Origin: Dehalococcoidia bacterium
GTDB lineage: Bacteria > Chloroflexota > Dehalococcoidia > Lucifugimonadales > VXLM01
DNA: 64,000 bases
Assembly: GCA_963665745.1 (NCBI GenBank)
Contig: OY762443.1
Coordinates: 611,616 to 675,615, forward strand
Reading direction: 5' to 3'
The translations under genes were made by a program, and so were the position numbers. This document shows, piece after piece, positions 16,169 to 25,874 of the stretch. The notes beneath the pieces were generated by a model. The model saw nothing but the letters and a program-made list of their open reading frames with translations. It was not told the origin of the DNA and searched no databases. How positions within the stretch are numbered: the stretch's first letter is position 1; each line of letters opens with the position of its first letter.

Positions 16169-17376
16169 CCTAGCTCGTTCACTTCCCGTATCCGCATCTG
16201 CGTGAGGCCCGCCGCCGCGATGACGAAGAGGGCAGCGAATCCCAGGTACGCGAGCGTATAACTCTGGGTCACGTCGAACGTCCGCCCGGCAATGAGCGGG
16301 GCGAGACCGAACGGAATCAGCGTGAACATCGTGAGTGTTCCCATGATGCTCCCGAAGTATCTCGACCCGAAGCTCTCCTGCACCAGCAGCGGCATCAGCG
16401 CGCTGTGAGCGCCCATGCTGACGCCGAAGATCGGCAGTCCCACCCACGCGAATGTGGGCGAGAGCACGAGCAGCACCGAGCCGACGCACTGCCCGCTGAG
16501 CGTGAGCATCATCGCGCGGCGGGCGGTCATCCGCTCCGAGAGGTATCCGAACGTCGGCTTGGAGATGAGGCCGGCGACGGCCATCACCGTCACGGTGATG
16601 GCAGCCCACGTCGCCGGCACTCCCAGTTCCGTGAAGTGAGGGATTAGCTGGGGGAAGACTCCCGCGTGGCCGAAGTTGCCGAGGGCCAGCGCGCCCACGA
16701 TGGCGTAGAAGCTGCGCGTCCTCGTCGCCACCGACAGCGGGAGGCCGGACATCTGCCGGTCTGCTTCCTGGGACTGCCCAGAGGAGCCGTCTTGAAGTTC
16801 CGGGGGATGTTCTCGGACGAACAGCAGCGCAAGTGCCGCAAGGGAAACGGCGATGACGCCCATTGCAACGTATGCCGCCTGCCAGCCTGACGCGCCCAGA
16901 GTAACGTTCACGATGAACGGGATGGTGATGCCGCCGACGTTGATCCCGGCCACGGTGATGCCCATGATCCTGCCCTGGGAGGCCGGGAACCAGATGGCTA
17001 TCAGGCGACCCGCAGGCAGGGCGGTTATGCCGGAGATGCCGATGAACTGGAGGAAACTCAGGCCGTACCAGTGCCAGAGCTCGGTCATGGCCGGACGGAT
17101 GAGGAAGCTGACGCCCATGAGGGCCAGGGAGACGACAAGCACCGGGCGCGCGCCGTGCCTGTCCATGAGGCGGCCGATGATGGGCGAGGCGAGAGCGCCG
17201 ACGGCAGTGAACGACAGGGAAGCGGAGATTGCGGTGCGGGACCAGCCGAAGGTGGATTCCAACGGCTCGACGAAGAGGCCGAAGGCGTAGTTGCTCGACC
17301 CGACGTTGACTCCGGCGGCGAGGAAGAGGGTGCCGAGCACCAGCCACCGACGGTTCTCGTCAAGCAGGCGGGTCAT
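16165..17376 (-). CDS. MFS transporter
   Basis: 403 aa with about 12 hydrophobic segments, and the MFS loop motif GRLMDRHGARP. Confidence 0.85.
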   Translation of the reverse strand: MTRLLDENRRWLVLGTLFLAAGVNVGSSNYAFGLFVEPLESTFGWSRTAISASLSFTAVGALASPIIGRLMDRHGARPVLVVSLALMGVSFLIRPAMTELWHWYGLSFLQFIGISGITALPAGRLIAIWFPASQGRIMGITVAGINVGGITIPFIVNVTLGASGWQAAYVAMGVIAVSLAALALLFVREHPPELQDGSSGQSQEADRQMSGLPLSVATRTRSFYAIVGALALGNFGHAGVFPQLIPHFTELGVPATWAAITVTVMAVAGLISKPTFGYLSERMTARRAMMLTLSGQCVGSVLLVLSPTFAWVGLPIFGVSMGAHSALMPLLVQESFGSRYFGSIMGTLTMFTLIPFGLAPLIAGRTFDVTQSYTLAYLGFAALFVIAAAGLTQMRIREVNELG

Positions 17377-17382
17377 CCCGGT

Positions 17383-19428
17383 CTATTGGGCTTGCAGGGT
17401 ATCGATTTCGGCCAGCGTCGGGAGGAAGACATTGCGGTAGAGAGCTTCGTGACCTTCGGGTTCGGAGGTCAGCATGAGGAAGAGCGTCATTCCCTCATCG
17501 TCGTCCGAAATGGCGATGGCGGCGGCGCGGTTATCGAGCGAGAGGCGGTAGATGTCCCATCTCAGTCCATCCAGCTCCAGCACCTGGTCCGGCTCTTGTG
17601 GAATGGTGACTCCGAACTGCTGGGCGAAGGCAGGGAGGATCTGTGGCGCGGCGTTGGTGGGAACCGCCTGCTGCATGATGGCAGTGACGCCGCGGGTGGA
17701 CTCGCCGTGAATGCCGGGCCCGTACTGGATCCAGCCGGCGGGGACGACGCTGCGGATTCCGAGTCGCTCATCTTCGAACGGAACGAGCGCGACACCGGTG
17801 GCAGCCGGAGTCTTGAACGCGAGCGGCGGAAGTTCCGCGATGCAAGAGGAGTCCGGCTCGCGGTCGGGTGCCCGCAGGAATTCCAAGGAAACGTCGAACG
17901 AGCAGTCGCTGGAACCGAGCACGCCGTGGGCGCCGCTGGGGAATTCCAGGTAGTGGCTTCCGGTGACGGCAGACTCGGCGCGGCGGCCCCACGCCGGGGG
18001 AGTGATCGGATCGAAGCGACCTGCCAGAATCAGCGTCGGAATGTCGGCACTCACGGGTCTCGACTTGATGTCGTTTGGCTCGGAACCCCAGAAACCGCAA
18101 ATCTCGAATATCGAGTCCGTTTCGAGGTACGGGGCAAGCTTGGGGTGCAAGTTCGAGGCCGACTCGACCTGAGCTTGAGACGTGAAAGACGCCTCGTCGG
18201 CACAGTTGAAGGAGAAGTACATTCCAGAGCTTCGGAACTCGATCTGCCCGAGTATCGTTCCGAAGACGAGCTCGAACATGTCGAACTCGTACTCCGCGGC
18301 GTCGTAGATGAGTTCAGGAAGCAACGGGATGAAGTCTTTGACGTACAGCGCATCGAACACGGTATCGACGAGCCGGTCTCCCGTCACGACGACTTCGTGC
18401 GTCTGCCGGGTGAAGGGATTGTAGACGGTGGTGCGTCCCGGCTCCTCGTCGAGGAGGCCGGCGGTGGCGTAGAGCTTTGATTCGAGATCGGGGTAGGCGC
18501 GGCTGCACGTGGGACTCGCCGCGCACTCGTCGAAGAGGGTCTTGAAGGCCCGATCGGCATTCGGAACGATGGAGGAATAGAAGTCGACGTCGAGCGGGAA
18601 GGTCGAGTCGAGGATGACGCTCCGAATGCCCTGTGGGTAGTCGCGCATGGTCGCCAGCGCGAGCCTCGTCCCATAGGACACGCCGTAGAGGTTCCACTCC
18701 GGTATGCCCATGGCGAGTCTCAGGTCTCGGACGTCCGCGGCGTTCTCGGAAGTGTTGTAGCCGGTGAGGTCGACGCCTTCGTCGACGAGTCGCTCACGGC
18801 AGGTCCGCATGGCGTCGACGTGAAGCGCCTTTTCCTCCTCCGTGGTGAGGTGTTGGTTGAGGTTGTCGAAAACTGCCTTCGTATCTTCCGGGCAGTCGAG
18901 AACGGGTTCCGAGGATCCGACACCGCGCTGATCGAACACGATCACGTCGCGCTCTTCGAGGAAGCGCAGGAAGAAGGGAAGCTGGTAGAGGGAGGTTTCA
19001 ACGATGCTGGAGCCGGGGCCGCCCGCGAGGTACAGGAGCGGGTCGGGGGCGGGATCGCGAGAGGATGTGCCGAACACCATGACGTGGAGCTTGATCGTGC
19101 GCGAGTCCGGGTCCGTGCGGTTCTCGGGAACGACGAGGTTGCCGCACTGAACGATGACGCCCTGCGGTTCCCTTATTTGGCACAAGTCCGGCTCGAACCA
19201 CGCGTCCGTTTCGGGAAGGGTCTCCACTACGGGGGTGGGCGTGGGATCGGTGGGAACGGGCGTGTCGGCGGGAGGAGCCGTCGGAGTCGGACCGACCGTT
19301 GGAGTGGCAACCGCCGGGGTAGCGGTCGCGAATTGGGGCCTGGATTCCGGATCATCCCTGCCGCACGCGAGAATCAGAGCAAGCGCCATGAGAGTGAAGA
19401 GTAAGAGAAGGAGTCGGGGCATTGGCAT
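17383..19428 (-). CDS. secreted lipoprotein, alpha/beta-hydrolase (S33 / tripeptidyl-aminopeptidase TAP-like)
   Basis: ORF 17383..19833 trimmed to ATG 19428 (MPMPRLLLLLFTLMALALILAC, a lipobox). There is a Pro/Thr linker, GGPGSS, the nucleophile elbow GVSYGT, and the C-terminal TAP block LILAGRFDPITP..GAHG. Confidence 0.8.
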   Translation of the reverse strand: MPMPRLLLLLFTLMALALILACGRDDPESRPQFATATPAVATPTVGPTPTAPPADTPVPTDPTPTPVVETLPETDAWFEPDLCQIREPQGVIVQCGNLVVPENRTDPDSRTIKLHVMVFGTSSRDPAPDPLLYLAGGPGSSIVETSLYQLPFFLRFLEERDVIVFDQRGVGSSEPVLDCPEDTKAVFDNLNQHLTTEEEKALHVDAMRTCRERLVDEGVDLTGYNTSENAADVRDLRLAMGIPEWNLYGVSYGTRLALATMRDYPQGIRSVILDSTFPLDVDFYSSIVPNADRAFKTLFDECAASPTCSRAYPDLESKLYATAGLLDEEPGRTTVYNPFTRQTHEVVVTGDRLVDTVFDALYVKDFIPLLPELIYDAAEYEFDMFELVFGTILGQIEFRSSGMYFSFNCADEASFTSQAQVESASNLHPKLAPYLETDSIFEICGFWGSEPNDIKSRPVSADIPTLILAGRFDPITPPAWGRRAESAVTGSHYLEFPSGAHGVLGSSDCSFDVSLEFLRAPDREPDSSCIAELPPLAFKTPAATGVALVPFEDERLGIRSVVPAGWIQYGPGIHGESTRGVTAIMQQAVPTNAAPQILPAFAQQFGVTIPQEPDQVLELDGLRWDIYRLSLDNRAAAIAISDDDEGMTLFLMLTSEPEGHEALYRNVFLPTLAEIDTLQAQ

Positions 19429-19433
19429 AGCTT

Positions 19434-20441
19434 TCAGGGTGTGTCGTCCGATTTGTTGTTGGATTCGAGGAAGGCGGCGACTTCCTGCGCCGTCGGCATG
19501 GCCTCGGTGTCTCCGCGCCGAGTGCAAATCAGAGCGCCGCAGACGTTTGCGACTGCGAGGCACCGTTCCAGCATCCTGCGACGTTCGCGGTCGGACGCGG
19601 CGAAGAAGCTCTTGACGGTTCCCTGCCGGAAGACCTCCGCGAGGAACCCGGCAATGAAGGCGTCGCCCGCGCCGACGGGGTCGACGAAGTCGATAGAGTA
19701 GCCGGGGTGCTCGACGAGGTTCGTGCCGTCGCAGGCGATGGCCCCGTCGGCGTCGCGAGTGACGATGACCAGACGGTCGTTGATGCGCTGGAACCGGCGG
19801 GCGTACTCTTCGGCTGAGAGGCCCCAGCCCCATACGACCTCGGCCTCGTCGTGGCCGACCTTGAAAATCGACGAGTAAGGGAGCATCTCATCGAAGACGG
19901 GTCGTGCGTCGGCCGGGTCCCAGATGGGTGGGCGGTAGTTGACGTCGAAGGTGACGGGCACGTTGTTCTCGTTGGCGAAGCGGATGGCTTGGAATATGGT
20001 GTCGTGCGTGGTCGGACTAAGGGCGGGGGTGATGCCGGTGACGTGCAGGGCGTCGGCGTCGCCGAGGTGTGGTCGGACCTCGGCGAAGGTCACGGTGCTG
20101 GCCGCGCTGCCCTTGCGCCGGTAGCTCTTTACGATGCTCCCGTCCTCCATATGGTTGACGTAGGCGATGCCGGAGGGGTTCTCCTGGACTTGTGGCGCGA
20201 CGACGGTTGTTCGCCCGTCCAGCGAGCGGAGGATGGCGTCGCCCTCATCGTCCATGCCGAGCTTGCTGACCCATACGGTCTCGAGGCCGGGCACGGCGAG
20301 GCGCTCAAGATCAAGGCAGACATTGGACTCGGCGCCGGCGCAGTAGACCTCGTACGGGCCGTCGACGTTGGGATCAAAGGGGCCAACGTACTTGGCGTTG
20401 TAGGAGACCATCGTCTCGCCGAAGGTCACGAGCTTTGTCAT
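19434..20441 (-). CDS. PfkB-family sugar kinase (KdgK-like)
   Basis: Trimmed to ATG 20441 (MTKLVTFGETMV). The PfkB signature DPVGAGDAFIAGF is present. A 5-nt gap separates it from the downstream hydrolase gene. Confidence 0.85.
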   Translation of the reverse strand: MTKLVTFGETMVSYNAKYVGPFDPNVDGPYEVYCAGAESNVCLDLERLAVPGLETVWVSKLGMDDEGDAILRSLDGRTTVVAPQVQENPSGIAYVNHMEDGSIVKSYRRKGSAASTVTFAEVRPHLGDADALHVTGITPALSPTTHDTIFQAIRFANENNVPVTFDVNYRPPIWDPADARPVFDEMLPYSSIFKVGHDEAEVVWGWGLSAEEYARRFQRINDRLVIVTRDADGAIACDGTNLVEHPGYSIDFVDPVGAGDAFIAGFLAEVFRQGTVKSFFAASDRERRRMLERCLAVANVCGALICTRRGDTEAMPTAQEVAAFLESNNKSDDTP

Positions 20442-20591
20442 TCGGGGGTACTCTCGGTGGACCGGGGGAAGATGCGGTTGTTGTTCCATTCTAGCATTTC
20501 GGCGGGGCGGGAATTGAATGTGTTTCGGGTTTTGCGTTATTCTCGGATTAAGGGAAGTCGTCTATGCTACGCAGGCAGGAGGGCGGTTTAG

Positions 20592-21701
20592 GTGAAGGCT
20601 GAGACGAAAGAGCGTCTCGATGGGCTGTTGCGGGACTTCGAGGAGCTGGGCTCGCGGCTCGTGGGCTATCCGTGCAATCAGGACTTCGACTACTCTGCCC
20701 TGCTGCCGTTCCTTGGGTACGTTGCCAACAACGTCGGGGACCCCTTCCACGACAGCAATTTCCAGGTCAACACGCACGAAATGGAGCGTGAGGTGATCGG
20801 CTTCTTCGCCGACGTGATGCACCTTCCGCGGGACGAGGCGTGGGGTTACGTCACCTCGGGCGGGACCGAGGGGAACATGTACGGGCTGTACATGGGACGC
20901 GAGATCTTCCCGGACGGGGTGGTCTATTTCTCGCAGGACACTCACTACAGCGTCGTGAAGATCCTCCGGGTTCTGAAGGCGCGGAACATCATGATAAAGA
21001 GCCAAGAGAACGGTGAGATCGACTACGACGACCTCCACGAGACCATCCGCATCAACCGCGACGTGCCGGTCATCTTCATGGCGAATATCGGGACGACTAT
21101 GAAGGGAGCGATTGACGACGTAAGCAAGGTGCGGGAGATTCTCGACGACCTGGCGGTGACGAACTCGTACATACACGCCGACGCGGCGCTGAGCGGCATG
21201 ATCCTGCCCTTCGTGGACGATCCGCAGCCGTACGGGTTCGACGCGGGTTTCGACAGCGTGGCGGTCAGTGGGCACAAGATGATCGGGTCTCCCCTGCCCT
21301 GCGGCGTCGCTCTCACCAAGCGCGAGTACGTGGCGCGAATCGCGCGGTCGATCGAGTACGTCGGGGTCCTGGATACCACGCTGACGGGGTCGCGAAACGC
21401 CCTTACGCCGCTCATGATGTGGTACGCTCTGCGCGAGCGCGGATTCGACGGCTACCGGGAGGCGGTGGCCGGATGCATGGAGGTGGCCGAGTACGCCGTT
21501 GCCCGCTTCAACGACAGCGGCATTCCGGCGTGGCGGAACAAGAACTCGGTGACGGTGGTGTTTTCGAAGCCGTCGGCGGGAGTGGTGCGCAATTGGCAGC
21601 TCGCTCCGTACGAGGACATCGCGCACCTGATAGCCATGCCGCACGTAACGCGCGAGATCGTAGACGCGGTGGTGGACGACTGTCTGAAGGACCCGGAGTG
21701 A
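20592..21701 (+). CDS. group II PLP-dependent decarboxylase, histidine-decarboxylase-like
   Basis: GYVTSGGTEGNMYGL, HADAALSG, and the PLP lysine in SGHKMIGSPLPCGV resemble Gram-negative-type HDC. GTG start. Confidence 0.75.
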   Translation: MKAETKERLDGLLRDFEELGSRLVGYPCNQDFDYSALLPFLGYVANNVGDPFHDSNFQVNTHEMEREVIGFFADVMHLPRDEAWGYVTSGGTEGNMYGLYMGREIFPDGVVYFSQDTHYSVVKILRVLKARNIMIKSQENGEIDYDDLHETIRINRDVPVIFMANIGTTMKGAIDDVSKVREILDDLAVTNSYIHADAALSGMILPFVDDPQPYGFDAGFDSVAVSGHKMIGSPLPCGVALTKREYVARIARSIEYVGVLDTTLTGSRNALTPLMMWYALRERGFDGYREAVAGCMEVAEYAVARFNDSGIPAWRNKNSVTVVFSKPSAGVVRNWQLAPYEDIAHLIAMPHVTREIVDAVVDDCLKDPE

Positions 21702-21718
21702 GATCGGAGAACGTCAGA

Positions 21719-22111
21719 ATGAACAGAATCATCGTCTTGGCCAAGAATGAAGTGGGAGTCATCGCGGACATCAGTAGGGCGCTGGCCGATGAGGGGATCA
21801 ACATCGAGACCATCAGCGCCGAGGCGCTCGAAGAAAAGGGCGCCATCACTCTGACCACCGACAACTACGACGAGGCGCTGCAAGTTCTCACGAACGCCGG
21901 CTTCAAGACGCTCTCCGATGATTCGCTGGTCTTCAGACTGCGGGACGAGCCCGGGGCGCTCGCCGTAGTGGCTGAGAGGTTCAAAGACGCGGGCGTAAAC
22001 ATCCAGAGTCTGCACATCGTCGAGCGCAAGGCGGGCCACACGATAGTAGCTCTATCGGCGGACGACCGCGTGAAGGCGGAGACGCTGGTGGACAAGGCGA
22101 CTTTGCTGTAG
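21719..22111 (+). CDS. tandem ACT-domain protein
   Basis: ORF 21419..22111 trimmed to ATG 21719. It has two beta-alpha-beta-beta-alpha-beta units (NEVGVIADISRALADEGINI; DEPGALAVVAERFKDAGVNI). Confidence 0.7.
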   Translation: MNRIIVLAKNEVGVIADISRALADEGINIETISAEALEEKGAITLTTDNYDEALQVLTNAGFKTLSDDSLVFRLRDEPGALAVVAERFKDAGVNIQSLHIVERKAGHTIVALSADDRVKAETLVDKATLL

Positions 22112-22130
22112 CGGGGACGGCGTTCTGGAA

Positions 22131-22838
22131 ATGGACCGTGCTTGTAGTACTCCTGTGATCCCAAGCAACCGGCTTTACCCGCGTTGGACTCGCCCGACGG
22201 TTATCTTTCTTGTCCTCAGCCTGATTGCTTCGATGCTAACCGTCGGCTGTTTCGGACCGTCGGAAGAGGAGCTTGCGCGGGAGCATTACGAGCAGGGGCT
22301 GCAGTTCGAGGAGCACGGGAGCTACCGGCGCGCGCGTGAGGAATTCACCCATGCGATACGACGCGACCGGGGGTTCACGGATGCGTACATAGCCCAGAGC
22401 AGGGCGCTGCTTCAGACCAACAACCTCCGGGCGGCGATGGCGAGCGTCAATCAAGCGCTTCAGCTCGCCGAGGACATGGTGGAGGCCCACGACCTGCGAG
22501 GCCGCATCTTCATGTACATGAGCGACAATGAGTCGGCCATCCTGAGCTTCACGCGGGCCGTACAGCTTGATCCTGAGTACGCCGACGCGTACCACAACCG
22601 AGCGCGGGTGAACCTCGACGACGGGAACGTCGACTCCGCGCTGGAGGACCTTTCGAGGGCAATCGAGCTGAGGCCCTTCGAGGCGGTCTACTACATGCAA
22701 CGAGCGCGGCTGTACACCTATCTCGACGAGCTTGACAGGGCGCTGCGGGACCTCGAGCGCGTGCTGGAGGTGACGCAGGACAACGACCTCACGACGACGG
22801 CGCGGCGGATGATAGAGAGCATCCGGCAGGCGCCCTGA
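22131..22838 (+). CDS. TPR-repeat lipoprotein
   Basis: A signal plus lipobox (LIASMLTVGC) and 34-aa TPR periodicity (A..Y..RA.....G....A..D...A..L.P). Confidence 0.75.
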   Translation: MDRACSTPVIPSNRLYPRWTRPTVIFLVLSLIASMLTVGCFGPSEEELAREHYEQGLQFEEHGSYRRAREEFTHAIRRDRGFTDAYIAQSRALLQTNNLRAAMASVNQALQLAEDMVEAHDLRGRIFMYMSDNESAILSFTRAVQLDPEYADAYHNRARVNLDDGNVDSALEDLSRAIELRPFEAVYYMQRARLYTYLDELDRALRDLERVLEVTQDNDLTTTARRMIESIRQAP

Positions 22839-22856
22839 TAAGTCGCTGACCGAGAT

Positions 22857-22906
22857 AAAAACCGTTCACCCTTCGACAAGCTCAGGGTGAACGGTTTTAG
22901 TTTTAA
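22857..22906 (+). terminator. Rho-independent-type terminator built from a REP family 3 hairpin
   Basis: A 14-bp stem, AAAAACCGTTCACCC (22857-22871) with GGGTGAACGGTTTT (22885-22898), a 13-nt loop TTCGACAAGCTCA, then AGTTTTAA. It lies 19 nt after the TPR gene stop. Confidence 0.55.
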
Positions 22907-22997
22907 GTCCACTCGTTCAGTCGGTCAGTTTGAAATCGGGCCTTGATGCCCGTATAGTTCAAGTCTTGCGGCGACCGGAGAAAGGACGAACAAGCCT

Positions 22998-24251
22998 TTG
23001 GCAAGCGAACCGCAGGGCAAGGACGCCGAGCGAGGCGCGGGAGGACCCGGCCTCGTGTGGCTCGTTCTGCTGTCGCTTTCACTGTTCGTGTTCCTACTGC
23101 CGATCGCGAGCTACGTGGCGGCGCTCTTCGCTATCAAGGATGAGCTTGGGCTGAACAACGCGGGGGCGGGCGCGCTCTTTTCGGCGTACCTCGCGGGGTA
23201 TGCGGCGTCGGCGCTCTTTTTGGTGCCGCTGACCGACCGGCTGGGTCCGAAGCGGATCATGTATGTGTCGGCGGTACTCTCAGTGGTGGCGCACCTGCTG
23301 TTTCCGCTGACGACGCACGATGTCGTGGTGGGCGTGGCGCTTCGGGCGATTGCGGGAGTGGGATTCCTCGGTGTATATATTCCCGGACTTCGTCTCGTCG
23401 CGCGGCGGTTCGAGCAGAACGGTCGGGGTTCGGCGATGGGGCTGTTCGTGACGGCGCAGTACGCCTCGCACAGCGGGTCGCTGGCGCTGACGGGCTGGCT
23501 CATGGCGACAATGGAGTGGAGGGACGCCTACACGCTGGTAGCGGCGCTGTCGGCGGTGAGCCTTCCTCTGATCTTTTTCCTTGTGCGCTCAGTTCCCGAT
23601 ACTCCTCCGGAGATCTCACGGGGTCGGCTCGATCCGACGGTACTCAAGAGCGGGCCCGTGCAGTTCGTGATACTTGGGTACACGATGCACGCGCTGAACC
23701 TGTACGCGTTGCGGGTGTGGCTGCCGGTCTTTCTCACGACCATCCTGGTCGCGAGGGGCGTTGCGGAGGGGAATGCCGTTGTCACCGCGGCGGAGGTGGG
23801 AGGACTGGCCCTCGCGTTCGGCGCGGTAGGCCCCGTCATGGGCGGAGCGGTCTCGGACAGGCTGGGGCGTACGACGGCGGCATCGCTGATCCTGGGGCTG
23901 TCGGCCCTGTGTGCCGTCGGGCTGGCGTGGATTGGACACTGGCCGTGGGGACTGATCGTCGTCGCGTGCGTCGTCTTCGGGTGGGCGGCGTCGGCGGACT
24001 CGGCGATCTACCAGACTGGCATCACGGAGGTGGCCGATCCAAGACGGCTGGGCTCGACGATGGCACTTCAGGCGTCGCTGGGGCTGCTGGGTGGGGTAAT
24101 CGGGCCCGTGCTGTTCGGCGGCATCCTCGACGTGGCGGGAGGCGAGTACCGGTGGGTGTTCGCGTTCTCGACGCTGGGCGTGCTCGCGGCGATTGCGATA
24201 GTCGGGCTGCAGAGGGTTGGGGCGTTGGCCTACTCGCGTTTGGCGGAATAG
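22998..24251 (+). CDS. MFS transporter
   Basis: 417 aa with multiple TM segments, and the motif PLTDRLGPKR. The TTG start is uncertain. Confidence 0.8.
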   Translation: MASEPQGKDAERGAGGPGLVWLVLLSLSLFVFLLPIASYVAALFAIKDELGLNNAGAGALFSAYLAGYAASALFLVPLTDRLGPKRIMYVSAVLSVVAHLLFPLTTHDVVVGVALRAIAGVGFLGVYIPGLRLVARRFEQNGRGSAMGLFVTAQYASHSGSLALTGWLMATMEWRDAYTLVAALSAVSLPLIFFLVRSVPDTPPEISRGRLDPTVLKSGPVQFVILGYTMHALNLYALRVWLPVFLTTILVARGVAEGNAVVTAAEVGGLALAFGAVGPVMGGAVSDRLGRTTAASLILGLSALCAVGLAWIGHWPWGLIVVACVVFGWAASADSAIYQTGITEVADPRRLGSTMALQASLGLLGGVIGPVLFGGILDVAGGEYRWVFAFSTLGVLAAIAIVGLQRVGALAYSRLAE

Positions 24252-24352
24252 GCGGCGACGGTTGACACGCGCGGGCAATCGTTCCTAGACTGTCGGCAAC
24301 GGACAGCCGCCATCATGAACCGAGTCGCCGCACGGCGAGAGAGGGGTGAATT

Positions 24353-25195
24353 ATGGGGTGGTCGAAGTTACGCAGCGCGATTATATGCCTAGCCACAGCG
24401 GTCGCAGGGTTTGTCATCCTGAGCGCGTGCGCTCCGGAGCAGGAAGACCCCTTAGCGTTCGGAGTTCGGGCAACTATCCTGGCCTCCACGCCGACGCCGA
24501 CTCCCCTGCCCGACGAGCCGACGCCAACGCCCATACCTGCCGAGGTCATGGAGCAGGTCGCCCAAGAGCGGTCGGATACGTACCTCGACGCGTTGTACGA
24601 GCCGACGGAGGGCTTGGTGCGGATGGGGATATGGGACGACAAGCGCATTCAGCTCGACAATCACCTGGTAGGGTATGTCATCGTCTACGGCTACGATTAC
24701 GGGGTGGAAATGGTCGAGACGACGGTGGAGGAATACCCGGGTCTGCTGGAGACGGGGGAGCTGGACATCGTGTTGCAGACGAGCCCGGAGCTGGGCGACT
24801 GGCTGGCGGAGCGGTCGGAGGACGGCGCGGTCGTCGACGTTGGGACGATATTCGAGGCGACGCCGGGAGCGCGGATAGTCGTGCACGGGCGGCTGAAGGA
24901 GCGGGCTCCTGAGATCGTGGACTTCCTTGGCTCGATTACGGCGAACGACGAGGTGTTCGACTCGGCGGCGGCTCGGATCACGGGGGGCAGGCTGGGGATA
25001 AATCCGAACGTGGCATCGCTTATCGTCCTGAAGAACAATGAAGACTTGTGGACTCAGTGGATTCCGGCGGAGGTGGTCGAGAAGGTCAAGGCCGCAATCG
25101 AGTCAGGAAAGAACGACCTTCAGAACCGCAAGTGCATCCCCACTGGAGGAGGCGGCACGACACCGAACTGCCGCGGCTGGACGGGTGATGGGTGA
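24353..25195 (+). CDS. lipoprotein of unknown function (possible substrate-binding-protein-like domain)
   Basis: Lipobox VILSAC and a Pro/Thr linker TPTPTPLPDEPTPTPIP. No diagnostic catalytic motif was recognised. Confidence 0.5.
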   Translation: MGWSKLRSAIICLATAVAGFVILSACAPEQEDPLAFGVRATILASTPTPTPLPDEPTPTPIPAEVMEQVAQERSDTYLDALYEPTEGLVRMGIWDDKRIQLDNHLVGYVIVYGYDYGVEMVETTVEEYPGLLETGELDIVLQTSPELGDWLAERSEDGAVVDVGTIFEATPGARIVVHGRLKERAPEIVDFLGSITANDEVFDSAAARITGGRLGINPNVASLIVLKNNEDLWTQWIPAEVVEKVKAAIESGKNDLQNRKCIPTGGGGTTPNCRGWTGDG

Positions 25196-25245
25196 GGTGG
25201 GTGCTAGGTGCTGAGTTCCTGCCCCGTATCGGGGTACGGGGCAGG
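25196..25245. repeat. REP family 5 (reverse orientation) followed by the family 4 hairpin CCTGCCCCGTA-6nt-TACGGGGCAGG
   Basis: GGTGGGTGCTAGGTGCTGAG at 25196-25215, and an 11-bp stem at 25218-25228 and 25235-25245. It lies directly after the lipoprotein stop. Confidence 0.65.
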
Positions 25246-25293
25246 CTCTACGCAGGAATAACGGTGAAGGAGGTAGGCACTCCTTATTCACCC

Positions 25294-25584
25294 TTACGCC
25301 GACACCTCTACCAGCGGCTCGATAGCGCTTACGTCGGTCTTGGCGCGGGCGACGTCAAGGTCGTACATGCGCTGGAGGTTGAGCCAGTAGTCGGGGGTCG
25401 TTCCGAGGGCGCGTCCGATTCGCAGGGCGGTGTCAGCGGTTACGGACCGGCGGCAGTGGACGATGTCGTAGATGCGTATCTGGGGCACGCCGATGGTCTT
25501 CGCCAGACGGTATTGGGTGATGTCCAACTCGTCCATGATCTCCGCCAGATGTTCTCCGGGGTGGATGGGATCCGAAATGTTCAC
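25294..25584 (-). CDS. higA: HigA-family antitoxin (XRE HTH)
   Basis: VNISDPIHPGEHLAEIMDELDITQYRLAKTIGVPQIRIYDIVHCRRSVTADTALRIGRALGTTPDYWLNLQ. GTG start at 25584, 6 nt after GAGGAGG. The track ORF's extra N-terminus overlaps higB. Confidence 0.85.
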   Translation of the reverse strand: MNISDPIHPGEHLAEIMDELDITQYRLAKTIGVPQIRIYDIVHCRRSVTADTALRIGRALGTTPDYWLNLQRMYDLDVARAKTDVSAIEPLVEVSA

Positions 25585-25595
25585 CGGTTTCCTCC

Positions 25596-25874
25596 TCAGT
25601 GGTAGTCGACGACCTCGATTTCCATTGCGCCCTGGTCCGTCCATGTGAAGCAGACGCGCCATTGGTCGTTGACGCGGATACTGTACTGTCCCTGCCGGTC
25701 TCCACGCAGAGTTTCCAACCGATGGGAGGGTGGCACCCGGAGGTCGGTAAGCGCCCCTGCTGCTACGACACGCTGCAATCTCATTCGGGCCCGGCGTTGG
25801 ATGTCCGGCGGCAAGCGCCGAACGGTTTGTCCTACGAAAAGGCGTTGAGCGTCATCGTTCTTGAATCGATTCAC
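25596..25874 (-). CDS. higB: HigB-family toxin (plasmid-maintenance killer, RelE/ParE superfamily)
   Basis: 92 aa. ..RRLPPDIQRRARMRLQ.L..A..L.DL..PPS.RLE.L.GDR.GQYSIR.NDQWR.CF.W matches the HigB/PF05015 pattern. The toxin-first order is typical of higBA. Confidence 0.85.
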   Translation of the reverse strand: MNRFKNDDAQRLFVGQTVRRLPPDIQRRARMRLQRVVAAGALTDLRVPPSHRLETLRGDRQGQYSIRVNDQWRVCFTWTDQGAMEIEVVDYH

